A stretch of 58,231 nucleotides of DNA, counting the filler, from Bipalium vagum (taxonomy: Eukaryota): NCBI GenBank assembly GCA_037834085.1. It is 3 parts of 3 records of this genome, joined end to end, with 100 filler letters (N's around TTAATTAATTAA, not from the genome) between each part and the next. Parts side by side here need not be neighbours in the genome. Positions count along the whole stretch, not along the records: positions 1 to 15,842 come from JBBMKC010142863.1; positions 15,943 to 40,483 come from JBBMKC010200274.1; 1 more part is not named here. The stretch is one strand, 5' to 3'. The notes under the pieces were generated by a model. The model did no database searches and had not been told where the DNA came from. It saw only the letters and a list, made by a program, of their open reading frames with translations. Shown here piece after piece: positions 13,512 to 26,810 of the stretch (its first letter is position 1; each line of letters starts with the position of its first letter). Made by a program: the position numbers and the translations under genes.

Positions 13512-14858
13512 TCATAATCTTTTAAGGAATATCTTTTTAAAAGCTGCTCGAAAATCGCGAGAAACAATGAAATATATAATGGGATTAATAGCGCTATTTG
13601 TATATCCCAGCCAAAAGAAAATATCGAACAATAACTGCTTTTCATTCAGGTTTATGAAAGCACTGGCAATGTACAGTGTGAAAAACGGTGCCCAACAAAT
13701 GATAAAAGCTCCACAGACAATCGCCAGGAGCCGGGCCGCTTTTGTCTCTTTAGCGTATTTGTTGTGTTTGATTTGGGCTCTTTTCTGTTTGGCAATAAGA
13801 ATTTTCTGATCGATGGCAATCTGATCAAGTCGGGCTACGTTTTCGCTATTGGACTGTTCCACAATCTCTGTGATTGCTGACATGATTCTCGTACTTCTCA
13901 TGCCGATGGTTTCGATTGATATTGGAACATCGGATCGGTTCTGGGTCGATGTCGTCGATGTCGTTGATGTCGTTGAAATGAGACGGTCACTGGGTTTGTC
14001 TTGCAGAAAGGCATAGCGCCATTTATCATCTGAAGTGTGCAGGGGAAGTTTTTCAAAGATTTTCGAATTTTTCCTATTTCCCGTACCGAAATGTATTCTC
14101 ATTGTTGGACATCCCTTTTTGTCAGTACTCAATGCACCAGCTCGGAACTTTTGAGCATTCTGTCTCACTGTGGAAAAGATCCGTGCATAGAAATATACCA
14201 GTATGATTAATGGAATGAAAAAAGATCCCAAAGCCGAATATATTTTGTATATTTGGTTAAATGTTTCAACAGAACAGGAATAGTTTACAATTTGGTAACA
14301 ATCCTTATTGTATAAATAATTCAAATAGATATATTCAGATTCATTTGTCCAATGGTCCGAGGAATCTGTGGAAATGATGGAGAATATTGTCGGTGCACAA
14401 ATGATGAAAGCCGATATCCAGACGAAAGATACGAGAATTCTTGCTCGGCCATGGCTCATCAGGCTGGGATATCGAATCGAATGGCAAATGGCTATGAATC
14501 GATCCAAGCCCACAATGACCAGATTCAAGATGCTGGCAGTTGATAAGCAAACATCTATGGCCAACCATGAACCACATAACAGGTTACCGAAGACCCAGTG
14601 TTTCTTTAACAGTTCGTTTGTCGTTGACAAAGGTAATACAAATACTCCTAGAAATAAATCGCTGGCAGCTAAGTTAATAATGAATATATTTGCAATGGAA
14701 TTTCGCAATCGCCAAAAACTTTTCACTAATATAATGACTAAAATATTGCCGATGATTACAAGTAAGTTGATGAACACAAGACAAAAGCATAAGCTGATGA
14801 AAGTCACTGATAGGAAAAAGTTTGCGTTGAAACAAAATGTGGAATTTTTCAAATTCAT
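13512..14858 (-). CDS. Intronless class A aminergic GPCR, alpha-adrenergic-like octopamine receptor (OAMB/Oct-alpha type)
   Basis: 448-aa ORF with 7 hydrophobic segments. Motifs: GN (TM1), LAASD (TM2), D3.32 in WLAIDV, DRF, YSALGSFFIP, MRIH.G, ETKAA..LAIV, CWAPFF, FWLGYTNSAINPIIY..SRDFR.AFK. Confidence 0.9.
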   Translation of the reverse strand: MNLKNSTFCFNANFFLSVTFISLCFCLVFINLLVIIGNILVIILVKSFWRLRNSIANIFIINLAASDLFLGVFVLPLSTTNELLKKHWVFGNLLCGSWLAIDVCLSTASILNLVIVGLDRFIAICHSIRYPSLMSHGRARILVSFVWISAFIICAPTIFSIISTDSSDHWTNESEYIYLNYLYNKDCYQIVNYSCSVETFNQIYKIYSALGSFFIPLIILVYFYARIFSTVRQNAQKFRAGALSTDKKGCPTMRIHFGTGNRKNSKIFEKLPLHTSDDKWRYAFLQDKPSDRLISTTSTTSTTSTQNRSDVPISIETIGMRSTRIMSAITEIVEQSNSENVARLDQIAIDQKILIAKQKRAQIKHNKYAKETKAARLLAIVCGAFIICWAPFFTLYIASAFINLNEKQLLFDIFFWLGYTNSAINPIIYFIVSRDFRAAFKKIFLKRL

Positions 14859-15842
14859 CTCATTTGAGAATTATACAAAAATAATTATAACTGAAAGAAT
14901 TTTATTTATTTTCCCAATATCGATATTTAATATTTGGACGGTTTTGATTGGCTATTTCTTTTTAAAATCAAAATAAAACTTTAACAAATTAAATAATGAA
15001 ATATACCAAATAAAAATTAAATTTACCATATTCAATTTCAGTCGTTAATTTAAATATTTTTTTTTAATATTGTCTGGTTAGCTAGAAAAGATTATTTTAT
15101 TTTTGGATTAAATAAAAATTCAAGTATATACAAAATGAACAAAATAAATGAAAAATATCTAGAGTCAAATGATAAAATTTTCAATTATAAAAATAAACTC
15201 GAATTCTAAAACGTGAAAATCATTAGTGTGATAATTAATAAAAATAATTTAACTAATTTTTAAAATATGGTAACATTAAAAAAATTTTTAAACAAATATT
15301 AATTGAAAAATACAGAGAAATCAACTATATAATAATAAAATGAAAATTAACAAATAGAATTTATCAAGGAAAAATTTTGTTCTTCATTAACAATTAAAAT
15401 CAATTCATTAAATTTGCTCTTTTCTATTCCAAATAAAATAAATTACCATGTTTTAATTTTAATTAAAATTAATTTTAATAGTTAATTTTAATCGATAATT
15501 TTAATTCCAAAAAATAATTCCTGGTTAATTAAATATTTTAATTAATTATAAAATGAAATATTTTAAAATATTTTATTTTTGAATAAGATTAATATTATAA
15601 ACGAATTATTAATGTAAGATCATTTTTATCAATATCTAAAATCGTAGAAAATACTAATATGATATATATTAGGGTGACTCCTAAGTAATGGCGTATTTTT
15701 GTTTAACTATTTCAAAATTATTTTTTATATATTGGGTTGTGGAATAAGTTCTGCATTATTTTTAGTAAAAATAAAACTCAAAGTTCTAACATCAAAATAT
15801 TTATTTTAATCACAGAAATAATGACCATTGTTGTCGATTACT

Positions 15843-15942
15843 NNNNNNNNNNNNNNNNNNNNNNNNNNNNNNNNNNNNNNNNNNNNTTAATTAATTAANN
15901 NNNNNNNNNNNNNNNNNNNNNNNNNNNNNNNNNNNNNNNNNN
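15843..15942. other. Artificial contig linker N44-TTAATTAATTAA-N44
   Basis: Exactly 100 bp with stops in all six frames; identical structure at 40484-40583. Confidence 0.95.

Positions 15943-16013
<71 letters not shown>
15943..16013. repeat. (TAT)n microsatellite
   Basis: Perfect TAT array at the contig edge. Confidence 0.95.
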
Positions 16014-16014
<1 letters not shown>

Positions 16015-18759
16015 ATATTCTTTTTCATTTTATACTTATCCTTAAAACATAAAATTGTCATCTGACATGTAAATAATATATTAATTAATGATCAAATTAT
16101 TACATGTGTAAATCATGACAGAACTGTCTGATCAAATGTGAGAAAGGAACTAATCCCTTAACCTCTTCACTTCGACTATCATTTTTCCCTTTCTCTGTTA
16201 ATAGAAAGATCAAAACATGGTAAAGAATTGTGGATTAAATCTTATGTAACTGTCGCTGACTAAGGTTATGCTGACTCAAGCATTAGGATTTACTATTCCA
16301 ATAATAATTATATCATTATAAAAAAAATATCATATTAATAAAATGACGGGGTTTCGGATCCGAAACGATTAGTAATTCAGCATGAATAAGAATTACTAAT
16401 CGGAAAATGATCCTGTTTTATTTTATTTTTTTTTATTAAAAACTTTATTTTCCCATTTTTATTATTTTCAAACCAATCATCGGTGAAATGCAAATTAATA
16501 AATATCCACCCGAAACCCAGCTGAATAAATTACGATAAATCTGTTATTTGATCAAGTTTCCTACTTCCCCAGCCATACTGTAAAATTGAAAAATTTCCCA
16601 CAATTATAGTTTAAATTGTAAAAACCTTATCCCACGCTTTTCGTATGCTCCTTCATTCCCATTGATGAAGAGAGATTTTTATAGATGAAGTATACTTTGA
16701 CACATTTATATTTTATTAATGGCTTTCGATTATATTTTTCGTTCTAGTGGTCCTGATATTTGTTACAGTTTTAATTGAACAAAGCATTTCCCCTAATTTG
16801 CCAGTCAATGTTAATGTTAGATTTAATCTTCCCTACGTCATGGTTATTAAATTTTATAAATTTTATTGGAAAGTAGTAATGAAGCAATTGTATGATATGT
16901 AAAAGTATTTGTAGATTAATTTCCGAACGAATATAAATTATTTCAAAGTGCGAAATATTACATGCATAGAATAAGGGAGGATTTTTTCTGGTAATAAATC
17001 AGTTTCCCAAATTTCAGAAATATGAATAAAAATTATGTCTGTTAACATATAACTCTCTATGGAACAAAATGTAATGAGATAAATAATATATTACGATTCT
17101 TTATTATTTACGATAAAGGAGAAGAAAAAAGAATTGAGGCGGTATTTTTATGTGGACAGCATGAATTTCAAGAAAATCTTTGAACCGAAACATGTGAAAG
17201 TTTTCCATGAAACGATTTTAAAATAATATCATATGTACTATATTAAAATTAAAATATTGTGTAGAAAGTATCGTTTTGTCACAAATTATCTCTACGAGAA
17301 AATAACAAGCGTAAATGCGTCAGAAAATATTGAAAGTTTCTTTTTTCTTTTTTTATTTTTCAAAATATTTTTTTAATTTTTTCTTTCAGAAAATATAAAT
17401 AAAAATTTATCGATCATAATGTGCTATATATTTAACAAATATATTTAACAAATTGGAAAAAATATAATTTTTTCAAAAATATTATTATTTTATATTAATA
17501 TTAAAAATAATTTTAAAAATTTAAAGAAATTGTTTTATAAAAGCCGACATTCATTTTTAAACAACATACTATAAATAATATTGGAAAAAATAAAATGCCA
17601 TATTTTTACTTCTCAAAATTTGTATTATCTTCGGAAAATCTTCTTCTTTACTAATCATATTATAATTATTTTTAGGTGAAACTGGTTTTTTGAATGAGAC
17701 TATATTTCTCCTTGGAAAGTATCTTAGGTCACAATGGACTAATGAAAAGATTTATTCTTATCAAGAGTATCTTATCATATTTGCCTATTTTGGGAATCAC
17801 TAAAACATATAACGAATACCAAATGACAGTGATCAGCTATTCTCTACGTTTGGGGGAAATATAGAATCGCTTAATGAGCAGCACAAAATATTGCCTCATT
17901 TTAATTGAATCCCTGATGGAATGCAGTATTATTATCCTTTATATAACTACGAAAACTTTTGTAACTTTTTTACTGACTCTTTCACTTATGTGAATAGCCT
18001 ATTCGAAAGTAGTTGAATAATTTTTTTCTTTTATTATCCAGTAACTTTTTTTGTATTCTTCACGCCAAGTAGGACGAAGAAGAAAAATTTTTATATATCA
18101 TTTTAGCCATAAAAATTACAAATACATTTAAGGAGATTCAAAGATTTGCAATAATTAATTTTAAAAATTCATTTCAAAAATCGACCAATAGATAAGGTTT
18201 TAAAAGATCGGAAAGTTAATAAATAAAGTCAATTTTACTAATCAGCTCAATAAAAAAAAATAATTAAACAAGATATATTAGAATAAAAATTTCGGTTACC
18301 TTTCTCTCTAATTATTCTTGAATCCAGTCAGAGCTTCTTCAAACTCTAAATCAAATTAATGTTCAGGACTTTTTCTTATTTTGTTTTGTTATCCTATCTC
18401 TATTTCTGGAAGCTGACTTATATTCAAAGTTGACCATTCAAGTTTATTTATCATATTATGTTGTCAAACCGGAAGCGACCACCTTTTATCTGCTCTTCAA
18501 ACAGTTCATATTTTGTCTCTAATCTGCGGTAACTAATCGCCAAAGATTTATTTAAACGGAGTCAAAATATTTTTTTCTGCCATTTAGGCAAAAGGGGAAA
18601 TTTTTAGTTTACCAATCTTTATATTGGCTTTAAAAAACTCATTTTTCCTTTCAGGAAAAGTAATCTTCTTAAGCAAATAAAAGGAAATTTAAAAAGTCTT
18701 AATATTTTTATTACAATTATTATTACCATAGAAATTTAGTATTGGTAGTAGTTTTCCGT

Positions 18760-19235
18760 TTTATCATTCCCAGCCAAAAATTCACTTTCTATGAATTTCT
18801 CTGATATTGAAGAAATTCAGTAGACTTTTTGATTCCCCAAATGCAACAATTATGATGGTTAACTTTTCCACGAGTGTGGAAGATCGCTTTATCACTAAAG
18901 ATCATGTTTTTAAGTAAATCTACATTTTTAATTTGATAATCAGCTCTGCACACATAACTGGTCTGTTAGAATAATCTTCCTGTAAATGATGAAAAATTTG
19001 AATATAGACTTTCAAAACAGATCGCAAGACTCTATTGACTGACATATATGGAATATCTAAAAAATTTTCAGTTTCATTAAACGATAAGTGAGGTTCTTGC
19101 TCAAAGATATCTCTAATCATTTGGCATCTTTCATCAGATTTTCCCGGACATCCACTACTGATATCAACAGATCCAGTCCACTGAAATTTCATTGCTATGT
19201 CACACATAGCTTTATCTGTCGGATTTTTTTTCCAA
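18760..19235 (-). mobile_element. rosa/DD41D-type transposase remnant
   Basis: KFQWTGSV.D..SGCP, then MIFSDKAIFHTRGKVNHHNCCIWG in the continuation. Confidence 0.7.
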
Positions 19236-20939
19236 TTTTTTTTTATATTTTTTATTAATTCTCCTTTTATTTTTAATTTAACAATCAATTCTTATTTAGA
19301 TGATGACTCCATTTGGCTGATTTTTTCCTGTTGATATAGCAATCTGCTTCATGAACAAAAAATTAAACTTCATCTTCACATTTGAATTTCTCAAAGATTT
19401 ATTGCACCATAGATACCACCGAGTAAACAAGGAGATTCTATTACTAATATCACTTTAATTGTCTTCTAGGCTCTTCAATGTCTCTAATCTCTTATTTCTA
19501 AGCTAAACAAGCCAAATGCAAATTCTTCAACATTTATTTAATTAGAACAGTTGAAGTTTGGTCTCCCTTCGGTCAGATATAGTCCATAAAATAATATCAA
19601 CACTTTTTATATCAATATCAATATACAAATATATTTATAATTTTCTCTATTCTTTTCCTTAATTTTTTATTCGTCAGAATTTCGACTCTAATTTTATTTA
19701 AAAACAAGTTACATTATTTTGTCTTTAATTTCTGATTTTATATTTTTGACATGTTTTTCAATTTTTTCTTGGTTATCAGACTAAAAGTTCTAGAAAAAAA
19801 TTAAAACTCTTTCGTTCTGATGTTAAGTTTTTAATATTTCTTCTTCAAAGATTGAATTCTCTTTCGTTCTCGTTTGCATTTTTATTATTTATATTATTTT
19901 AATAATAAAAATAAAGATTTTGAAATAAGTTATTACATACTAAGTCCTTAATGATTATAATTAATTACAATTACCCAAAATCTTTTAAATTCAGTTTTTT
20001 GGTAAAATAATTTTTCCATTGAAATTTTAAATAAATATAAATTAGATTTATTTTTAAATGTTTTTAAATAAAGATCCATTTATGTTTAAATAGATTAAAC
20101 TTAATATTTTTAAAATTTCTCGATAAATATTTAAATATATAAACCAGACATTTTATATTTTTAATGGTTTCCTATTTCTTACTTTCAGAAATTTATATAG
20201 GTTCAGCTATTTTTATTCAATTAAACTCAAAGGAAGAGCAACTTTGTTTAATTTTGAAAATGGATCTATATAAATAATTCAAATTATATAGAAAATCGAA
20301 CTGTGGTGAAATAGTGAAAGTACTTTAATTTTCTTTTAGAGTTGCAAAAGATATTTTGGGTTTTCCAGATTACGCAAACCAATTCTAAACAAGTGAGTAA
20401 TCTTTTTGGTCAAAAACATTTTTTAAAGGTAGTATTGTAAGTGATTGAAGAAATCAAATTATTGATCCAAAATTTCTATAATTAACCATGTTAATGGAGA
20501 TCTGGGCTTCAACTGAGCATCGTAAAATTACTTATGGTAACATTTCAAATAAATTCTACTGATATATCTATTATAAGTATCCTGTATATTTTCGAGCGGT
20601 ATTTTGTAATGTATTTTTGATTTTCACAATGATTTTTATTGAGAGGTTATGATTTCCTAGAGTTGCCATCACAATATATCTATCGACCTATATAATTTAA
20701 AAATATTAATCTTAGCCAATTAAAAACTCATTGTATCTTATTGATTATAGTGAAACTTGGTTAATTTAAATCCTCTTAATTTCGACCAAATTTCCTACTA
20801 AAGCTTATGAATAAACACATTTTAATAATTTTTTTGCACCAGATGATTCTGGTATTAACTAGAGTTTGTTCAATTTATGAAGAGTTCGGCAAAATAAACA
20901 AAAATATTAAAATTTCAATATTAACATTTTTATAAAAAA

Positions 20940-21480
20940 GGTGTATGTTACTCTAGTTTCAAATCGGCGATTTTTGAATTCGTATTTCCACAGAATATCG
21001 TTAACATAAGAATAAAATGTGGTCGATTTTTATTTTGTAGTTTCCGGCAATTTTTTTCGAAGATATTGGTGCATGCAAGTGTGACCGGATTCACAAAATT
21101 TTCTCCGTGATTAACCATAGCATCACCATACTATTGTGATAAAAGTGAAATACCACCATATAAACTCCACATATCGGATATATTTACAGTTCCTGAGTGA
21201 AAATTTTCAATAATCCATGTTATATTTGCTGAAAGATCTTCAGGAATAAAGAAAACTTTGAGTATTTTGATCAATTCCACCAAAAATCCACTGTCTTTTC
21301 ATCTGTCTTCCAATAATTTTTCTGCAAACCATCTGACATTCATCATTTTTTACAATAATTCCTGGTCTGCTAATCTTTCAGTGACAAGGTAATAAGTGCC
21401 AAATTTGTTCAAGTATGTCAACCAATCGATAGCATGAAGAAGTATTTAGAAACCTTTTTTTAGGTATTGCCCACAGTAAA
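20940..21480 (-). mobile_element. Merlin (IS1016/ISXO2-like) transposase remnant
   Basis: QWIFGGID...SGTVNISDMWSLY...VNHGENFVNPVTLACTNIFE matches the WVFGGI/SDxW..Y/VNHS..FVDP..HTN.IE pattern. Confidence 0.75.
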
Positions 21481-23189
21481 AAATATCTGTTATCTTTATT
21501 TAGGACTATCATAAAATGTAATGTTACTGTTGAATTAACACTGATAAATAAGGATAAAAATAGAAAGAAAAAGGAAAAGATGAGATCACTTCTTTGAAGC
21601 CTGCTATCATCCTCAAAATTATCGATTAAAAGAATTTTTGAGATCATGATTTAATACAATAATAATTGAATTAAATTAAAATTTCATGTCGTGAAGAAGT
21701 TTTTATTTAGAAAAAGACATTCGATTTAATGCGATCCTTTAACCTGATGTTTCGCTGTGAGACAAAATATTTCAGACATGAATTTGGAAAATGAAGTCTT
21801 AGATCACCAGAATGACAGATATTCAAAAGGGGTTGCTTTTTTGGAAGAAAATTTGTTAAGTTTTGACTACAGTTAAGTGATCGACGAATCGACAAATTAG
21901 CGACGACAAGAACTTATAGGACTGTGACATAGGACGATGTCATCTATCTTTGCCACCAGTGTTGTATCACGACATAAAGTTATTTATAAGGTTAAGGTGA
22001 AGTACAGTATTTTTCATGTAATTAAATCTACGTTTCATAATTTAATCCATGTTTCATATTATTAAATCCAGTAATAATTTATAATTAAGAAAAATAAATT
22101 TTAATTTAAAATGCTCTAAGGAAAATACTAAATACAAGTAAAAAGTAAGCATGTATTCATTAAAACTTCATTTTTTTGCTGCTTTGCATAAAAATTGTCT
22201 CATGATTAAAATATGGATTAAATTACATGAAAAATAGTGTAGTTGTAAACGAAAAGACAAAAGTTTGCAATTTTTACCGAATATTTGTTCAGTCATAAAT
22301 GTGATAGATTTATTTTGATGTATATTAATTCTCAATCTCCTACTTTTAAGAGACATACAAGTTATAAAAACTAACCTTTCATTAGTCATTGTCGTCCACT
22401 AACTCTGCATTCAATTTTCATTGTCCATAAATTCCTTTTGACCACCTAGTTTAGATAAAACTAGTCTAAAGCGTTTTTAGTGCGTTTTAATGTTGACTAT
22501 TGTTGATTTTATTTAAAATATTTAACTGCTTACCTTAAAAAATTAATAATATTAAAATTTAAAATATTTGAAGTATGAAAATTGTAAATGACAAAACATT
22601 TATTTCGTACTCAAGTAAATTACTATGAATTCGTCAAGTAAAATAAATCCGAAAATGCTGTTTTTCCTTCGAAGGGTATTTGAGATGGATTTATTTCATC
22701 AGACTTTGCTTAGAAATTTTTTTGAAGAGCAAGATAGTGTAAAATTATTAATTGTTAAGATAATTGCTAATATCACATTTTCCAATCTGTAAGCAATAAA
22801 ATATCGATTCATCTAAAACCCAAAGAGAAAATCCTAAAAACATGGAACTAATAAGAATTTGGTACGTTAATTTCCGTAATATAAATGAATTTTAGTTTTT
22901 TAAGTCACAATTCTAAATGAATAAAGTTTCTAAAATGGTCGGTGTTATTCAATCTCCGAAAAGATATTGGATATAGTCTATATAAGCTTTTGTACATAAG
23001 AATTAAGAATATTTGTGGTTCGTAACATTTTTTGGGTGTCACCTATTATAACTTATCAATCTATTTCATATTAATACATATCAATGTTTCTAGGAAACTG
23101 ATAATAGTTCCTAAATAATGTAAATTATAAAACTTATTTTGTTTCAAGTGGTTATTAGATGCTGTTTATGTCTTTCCAACAATTGATAA

Positions 23190-23525
23190 GGTACCCGCTT
23201 ATTTTCCTTCCTTCTGAATCTTAACAATGTCACTCAAACGTTTTGAAATTGTTTGTTGAGTAACATTCAGTGATGCATCTAATTGTAGTTGAGATTGGGT
23301 ATCATTTTCATCCAAAAATGTTTGCAAATCATTGTTTTTTCTTTCAAACAAAAGTTACCATCCTTGAATCGGTTAAACCAGTTCCGACAAGCTCTTTCGG
23401 CTATAGCATGGCTGCCATAAGCCTCTATCATTAATTTATGAGCATCACTAGCATTTTTCTTTAAATGAAATAGGAAAAGCAATGCTTCCCGCATTTGTTA
23501 TTTTCCAGTTACCAATTCCGTCATC
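23190..23525 (-). mobile_element. Mos1-like mariner N-terminal remnant
   Basis: MREALLFLFHLKKNASDAHKLMIEAYGSHA..ERACRNWF.RFKDG, then LDENDTQSQ..LNVTQQTISKRL. Confidence 0.85.
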
Positions 23526-24949
23526 TAAAATGAAAATTATTTTAAAACGTGTTTATAAATTCTTATATTGTTATAGATAGCGCTTAAAATGTATATTATT
23601 TAAACAACAGTATAATTTACATTTTTAAACTTATAACTAATAAAAATTATAAAAGATTAAAACGCAAAATCAATTTCATAATATAAATGCAGAAATGCAA
23701 GTATTAATAAAATTTATATTATAAATGTGTTGTCTCTGGTAGTAATTTATTGATTATAAAGTATGCCTATGAATACTAGAAGCTAGAAATGTATAGATTA
23801 TTTCGTCACATGAACATTGATGATTAAATGTATTTCTGTTTTTCTCAGAAAATAATTAATTAATGAGATAATTAATTTTAATGAGGGGTCTCACTTATCT
23901 ATTGAACAAGTTTTTTAGATATCTAAATCTGGATATCTATTCAGTGCTCACAATTCATACGAGAAACACTATATTTTTGACTGTTTTATTAAATCGAAAA
24001 CATCAACATTTCGTGAGTTACATATCAATTTATATGATTCAAATAATATTCTATAATTTTTAACCAACAACGAAAATATTCTACCATAGTTTTAATTTCA
24101 TTTCAGTGTAATCTAATTGAAAAGGTCAAATTTTTTATCTCCTGGAGATTTTAAATATCTGCTGATCGTTTTTGTAAATATTATATAAAAAGTTTGAGCG
24201 ATAAATCTAGGAATTGCTTAGATAATGGTCCACGAGCCCCTAGTCTATGGGAACTAAATTCAGTTAAAGTAATGTCATCACCAATCCATTATAATTATAA
24301 AGAACTGAGTTGGATCTTTTCCATTTGGTTCCGATATCTCTTAAGATGAGCAGTTCTTTAATGTGATCGTTGTCAAAAAACATAACATTTCCAAATGAGG
24401 CAACCATGAATAAATAGAAACAAAAATACATAGAATATTTTATTATTACTACATATTTTAAATGTTCGATTAAAAGAAAATTCCTCTTTTAACAGAGGAG
24501 ATTCAGAAAAAATGTTTTAATGTATGTATTTCAGCATATAATGATGGACAAAATTCAGCACCACATTACACAAACAGAAAACACTTGATTATTAATCGAA
24601 AAACAGGAAGTTAATTGGAAAACACCTTATTCACCTTCATAAAAATCTTCATCTTTTGTGTTACCAAAGGCATCACCTTAAAATTTTGTGCATTGTTTCA
24701 TTCTTCCTTTGGGTGTTAGGTCAAGATGTAGTTCAGTCATCCATTAATTAATTCCAATGTTTTATAGATTGTTTTATACTCTCTAGCATCTACTGTGATG
24801 TTGAATAGTACATCCAATGTGAGTGGAACTTCACACATGTTCCACAAGTTCAAAATTGTTTTCTTGCATTTATAACTAATCTATGAAATTCTAATTTTAT
24901 TTTTTCAATGCGTACAAAAACATCTATTACACAGGAAATTCCTGCTGTT

Positions 24950-25350
24950 TATAAACACTGCCGCATCATAAACGTGTAACACCAATCTTCTGTTCCTGTA
25001 TAGTTCTGCATCCTCATTCTGCTACCTATTTAACCTCATGAATTTTAATTTTGGCAGAAACCTGAATTTCTTTCCTTTACCACCTCATTTTTATCTCAAC
25101 CTCAAGTTTTAATCAATAATGGTAAATTTCTCCAGACGTATCATTTTTACGTAGGTGATGTCCCAAAACCCAATGCTCCCTGACATAATTTACAACTTGT
25201 AATTTATAGGATTTTTTCTCCTCCTGTCATAGGTCTCAACTTCACATATATATTAAGCAGGATGATTTTTTGAGCTAAAGTTTTTGGTAAATTAGTGCGT
25301 CCTATATGCTGTCAAGAACTATATTTCTCTCTGATGTTGGATTCAAATTA
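24950..25350 (-). mobile_element. Possible RTE-clade LINE 3' remnant
   Basis: Degenerate LGHH / LEKFTII fragments resemble the RTE C-terminal FGH..R..LEK.I.EG pattern; heavily decayed. Confidence 0.3.
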
Positions 25351-25849
25351 CTAAGAAAAGACGAAAATCACTTTTTGCAATTCATACAGTTCTTAGGGGA
25401 TGCTACAACATAAATTATAATTACTGTAAATGATTTAATCATCCATAAACTGCACAAAAATATAAAAATTTCCCATAAATTCCAAAAGCTTAAATTGACG
25501 ATCACTGTTATCTATTATTCGACCAATTATACAGAAATATTTTTCATCTTTCAAGAATTGTCTCTTTGGTAACATCCTTATTTGTCTGAAATTTTCGTTT
25601 TAAACTTATGACTATTTTGCCTATTAATATCAGTCTTTGAGTATTACGATTTCTTGAATACTATACTCCGTTTTTGTTAATTGTCATCAAACTATATTAA
25701 TGGAAACTTATTTAATCTAAACTATAAATGATCAAATATTTTCATAAAAGGCGATGATTAATTTGAGTTAATTTGAAATAGTTAAACAAACCTTTTAAAT
25801 CAGTAATTAAATAAATTTTGCTTAATTAAATATCGATTTGATTAACCCA

Positions 25850-26160
25850 TTAATACTGGACGGCATGGTTTGTATTAATTTTTGTCTATAGGCATCATTG
25901 CTTATCAAATTATTCCTCAAGATTTCTGCGTTATCAATTAATTATGGAGAATTTAATGGGATCCATGTTTGAGCTGTAGTGAGGCCATTCCATAACATTT
26001 ATACCACAATCATCAAACTATTTTCGTCTATGAATCGATTTTTGTGATTTTATCTCATTGCATGGAAAGTAATTTAGAATTTTTTGATGTACCGAGTTTC
26101 TAAAGATGTAACTTAAATGAAAACTATCTAAATCAATAGGAAACTTTTTGTTAAATGATT
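25850..26160 (-). mobile_element. Tc1-like transposase remnant
   Basis: EWPHYSSNMDPIK corresponds to WPxxSPDLNPIE. Confidence 0.5.
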
Positions 26161-26569
26161 CAAAAATTGGCTAATGAAGTGGATGTTGACAAAGCAGCAA
26201 TCGTTCAAAGCAACATCAATCATTTTCATTTGCGAAAATTATTTACATTAATGTAAGTGGTACCTCTGAAATTTCAAGTTTAAAAAAGAATGGTGTAATA
26301 GCAAATTCAACAAAAAATCTCATACAAAAATCAAATCTTAACCCGGAACGAAAAAATGTTTTGAATTTGTTCTTGCGCCGAAAGATAATTATTAATTATG
26401 AATATTTTCAATGAAACCGGGAAAGAATTTCGATTTTTTTGTAAGAAGCTGCATATTTTAAAAAATTAAAAATTATTAAATTTTTTATTTAAATTATTTA
26501 GAAATCTTAATATAACAAGATATTGCGACTTGGGATTATGTGTTATATATATACCTATCTCTCTTTAGT

Positions 26570-26810
26570 GATCGGCTATCCTTCATATTGTTATCTGACC
26601 TATCATCTATAACAGATTATCATCTCTTCCAATCTCTATCGAACAGTATGGCCTAGGTTTTCATTAAGGATGATGTCCACCTGCAACTTTGGCTCGAAGT
26701 ATTCTTTTAAAAATCTGTCGATTTTTTCAAACGAGGAATGGAAAAGTTGTCATCTGTACGAGAAAAGGAAGTTATAATAAATATAATATTATAATAATAT
26801 ATTGGGACGA
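26570..26810 (+). mobile_element. mariner C-terminal remnant
   Basis: TDYHLFQSLSN and FFKRGMEKL motifs. Confidence 0.6.

Noticed and set aside
14368-14976. 202-aa plus-strand ORF (and smaller overlapping ORFs) antisense to the GPCR
   Set aside because: Shadow ORF expected opposite a hydrophobic coding sequence; no recognisable motifs.
16155-16620. piggyBac-like end (TTAACCTCTTCAC) and LHFTDD motif
   Set aside because: Too little similarity to support a call by eye.
22168-22389. ORF with faint piggyBac-like IFGK..LHYF
   Set aside because: Weak similarity with no catalytic motifs.
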